A stretch of DNA of 51,587 nucleotides from Candidatus Dadabacteria bacterium. Lineage in GTDB: Bacteria; Desulfobacterota_D; UBA1144; Nemesobacterales; CSP1-2. The number at the start of each line of letters is the position of its first letter. Within the stretch, counting starts at the first letter, position 1. A program made the position numbers and the translations under genes. Under the pieces are notes generated by a model that had not been told where the DNA came from, did no database searches, and saw only the letters and a program-made list of their open reading frames with translations. Shown one piece after another: positions 49,671-51,587 of the stretch. The stretch is from contig JAHFBK010000001.1 in NCBI GenBank assembly GCA_023250035.1, forward strand, positions 1,928 through 53,514, read 5' to 3'.

Positions 49671-51335
49671 TTGACTTACAAAAAACTGAATAATTATAAT
49701 CTAAATTTTTGGATAGGAAAAACTATTTCATTTCCTCTCTATTTAATCATGTTCGCACTCGTATTTCTCGTCCATACTGCTTGTAATAATACGGGTGATT
49801 CCAAGTCAAATACTCAGATAACATGGGGAGAGTGTCCCGACTTTATTGACCCTGATAATAAGGGAGCTGAATGTGCAACTATTGATATGCCAGTTGATCA
49901 TATGGCTCAGGATGGTCAAGAAATTCCTATTTTCGTCTATCGCGTTCTTGGAAAGGCTCCTCAGAAGAAAGGTCAGATATGGTTTCTTCAGGGAGGGCCA
50001 GGCGATACCAACGCAGTATTTGCGCAACTTTTTTTTCTCATTACTGACAGATTTCCTGAATGGGATTTTTATTCACCTGAACATAGAGGGGTTGGACTCT
50101 CAGCTAATCTAAATTGTAACGACCAGCCGCTACAAGATCCTGATTACCTCAAATGGTGCATAGATTTTTTAGAGGATACCTGGGGTGAGCATTTGAAGGA
50201 CTTTTCAACGACCAATGCGGCATTTGATGTATTAAATCTGATAGATATCCTAAGAGAAGAAGGTAAACAAGTATTCATTTATGGCGGTTCATACGGGACT
50301 TACTGGATACAAAGGATGTTGCAGATAAATCCAGATATAGCAGATGGTGTGATATTAGACTCCGTTTGCCCAGCAGCGGATTGCTTTCTTGATGATTTCG
50401 ATGCGTATCAAAACTTTATGGGGATGCAGATTATGAATATATGCAATGAAGATCCAATTTGCAGTGAAAAATTGGGAACGATAGACCCCAATGCTTTTCA
50501 GGCAGTAGGAAAGGTTTTTCAAAAGGTTGACGAGGGCAATATATGTGCTGGTTGTGACAATGATGAATGCATGAATATAACGGACACATTTGATAGAGTA
50601 ACGCTTAGAAACCTTCTTGCGGTAATGGCTGGGGATTGGTGTTTCAGGCCTTTAATACCCCCTCTCATCTATCGTTTAAACCGTTGTAATGAAAGCGATC
50701 AGATGGCATTGAACAACTTTCTTCAAACTCTCTCCGGTGGGGATAATGAAAACAATGGAGATGGGCCAGAACTCAATTCACAAGCCCTGAGTGACCACGT
50801 AAGTCTTTCCGAGTTATTCATGGGAATAAGTTTAGAGGAAGCCGAAGCTATCGCCGAGGGTGCTTTCTTTTCCGATGATACATCACTCCATCTGGCTGAG
50901 ATTAATGCTACAGGTCTTTGGCCTGTTTATGGAAATGATGGATTTATCGGCAGAGTGCCTGATACCGACATTCCTGTTTTGATGATCAACAGCACGATAG
51001 ACGGTGCAACACCTTTGAGCGTTGCAGAGAAGGCTAAGAGTTTTTTTAATAAAGATCATCAATCATTTATTCCCGTGCCCTTTGCCTCCCATGGCGTGAT
51101 ATTTACCTCTTATACAACAGATATTGTGGAAGCAGGAGTGGCGTGTGTCACCCCTACCCCGCCTAACTGGACAACATGCGGATTGGAAATGATGTTTGAT
51201 TTTATAGAGGAACCAACCGGAGAGCTAGATACATCATGCTTAAATGATATTTACAAACTCGAGTTCAGTGGAAAATCAGAAATAACCCGTATTTTGAGTC
51301 AGATTAACTTCGGGACAGATGATATGTGGGAATGA
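49671..51335 (+). CDS. Secreted/lipoprotein alpha/beta hydrolase, TAP-like (peptidase S33-type)
   Basis: Signal/lipobox-like FLVHTAC and the nucleophile elbow GGSYGT. The C-terminal TAP-like segment is IPVLMINSTIDGATP, with catalytic His context ASHGV, and the cap region has many Cys. The start is TTG 49671 or ATG 49749. Confidence 0.78.
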   Translation: MTYKKLNNYNLNFWIGKTISFPLYLIMFALVFLVHTACNNTGDSKSNTQITWGECPDFIDPDNKGAECATIDMPVDHMAQDGQEIPIFVYRVLGKAPQKKGQIWFLQGGPGDTNAVFAQLFFLITDRFPEWDFYSPEHRGVGLSANLNCNDQPLQDPDYLKWCIDFLEDTWGEHLKDFSTTNAAFDVLNLIDILREEGKQVFIYGGSYGTYWIQRMLQINPDIADGVILDSVCPAADCFLDDFDAYQNFMGMQIMNICNEDPICSEKLGTIDPNAFQAVGKVFQKVDEGNICAGCDNDECMNITDTFDRVTLRNLLAVMAGDWCFRPLIPPLIYRLNRCNESDQMALNNFLQTLSGGDNENNGDGPELNSQALSDHVSLSELFMGISLEEAEAIAEGAFFSDDTSLHLAEINATGLWPVYGNDGFIGRVPDTDIPVLMINSTIDGATPLSVAEKAKSFFNKDHQSFIPVPFASHGVIFTSYTTDIVEAGVACVTPTPPNWTTCGLEMMFDFIEEPTGELDTSCLNDIYKLEFSGKSEITRILSQINFGTDDMWE

Positions 51336-51396
51336 AAGCGATGAAGAACTTTGCAGAAAGCTACTAGGTATCAGCACATAAACAGACAGTTTTTTC

Positions 51397-51429
51397 GTCA
51401 TTGCGAGGAGTCCTTCGAAGCGGGATGAC
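51397..51429. repeat. Truncated GTCATTGCGAG-box element
   Basis: GTCATTGCGAGGAG (51397-51410) is closed only by ATGAC (51425-51429); the inner stem is missing. Confidence 0.55.
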
Positions 51430-51542
51430 ACTAAATTTGAAACTCAATATTTTTTGTGTTATAGAATCAATAACCCTATGGCAAGCTGCAGTGTATAGTC
51501 TTATAAATATACCGCTATAGCTGTCATTGCTGTAAAAGTTAC

Positions 51543-51587
51543 TTAATTCGGTAACAGTTTGTTTCTAAAATCAATTGGTGTATCTCC
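51543..51587 (-). CDS. 3' end (14 codons) of a CDS entering from beyond the window: ...GDTPIDFRNKLLPN*
   Basis: The frame is open to the window edge on the minus strand, with stop TAA at 51545-51543. The tail is faintly reminiscent of rve-type transposase C-termini (..tP.eF..), but it is far too short to call. Confidence 0.2.
   Translation of the reverse strand, partial: GDTPIDFRNKLLPN

Overview
This is a 51.6 kb, AT-rich (by eye roughly 60% A+T), very gene-dense chromosomal segment from a bacterium. It is probably an uncultivated Gram-negative-type lineage, but I cannot place it taxonomically from sequence alone. I support about 47 CDS, and nearly all are core functions. They include hemB, pyc, pepA, sppA, ilvE, der, ybeY, scpA/scpB, trpS, a site-2 protease, xerD, ahcY-metK, rpe, folC, a HIT protein and fur. 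There is also a long minus-strand run (ftsH-folP-cdaA-cdaR-glmM-pdxJ-acpS), plus cysK, a class A PBP and comEA. I saw no rRNA, tRNA, CRISPR array or intact mobile element. The non-core content is as follows. (i) A type III polyketide synthase is translationally coupled to an ICMT-family methyltransferase, with a small blue-copper protein upstream. (ii) Just downstream, an ORF interrupted by two in-frame stops ends 8 nt before a gamma-glutamylcyclotransferase-like gene. (iii) A DnaD-domain-like gene is paired with a zinc-ribbon DnaC/DnaI-like AAA+ gene. (iv) A family of GC-rich, two-tier palindromic (REP/MITE-like) elements sharing a GTCATTGCGAG box is concentrated in the last 6 kb. (v) That last 6 kb looks accessory: DUF1802, an FmdB zinc ribbon, an 820-bp gene-poor stretch, an MFS exporter, a secreted alpha/beta hydrolase, and a possible transposase C-terminus at the window edge. 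I did not find convincing evidence for a completely new multi-gene system. The findings below are ranked candidates, not demonstrated discoveries. All family assignments come from motif recognition by eye in the supplied translations; no database search was run.
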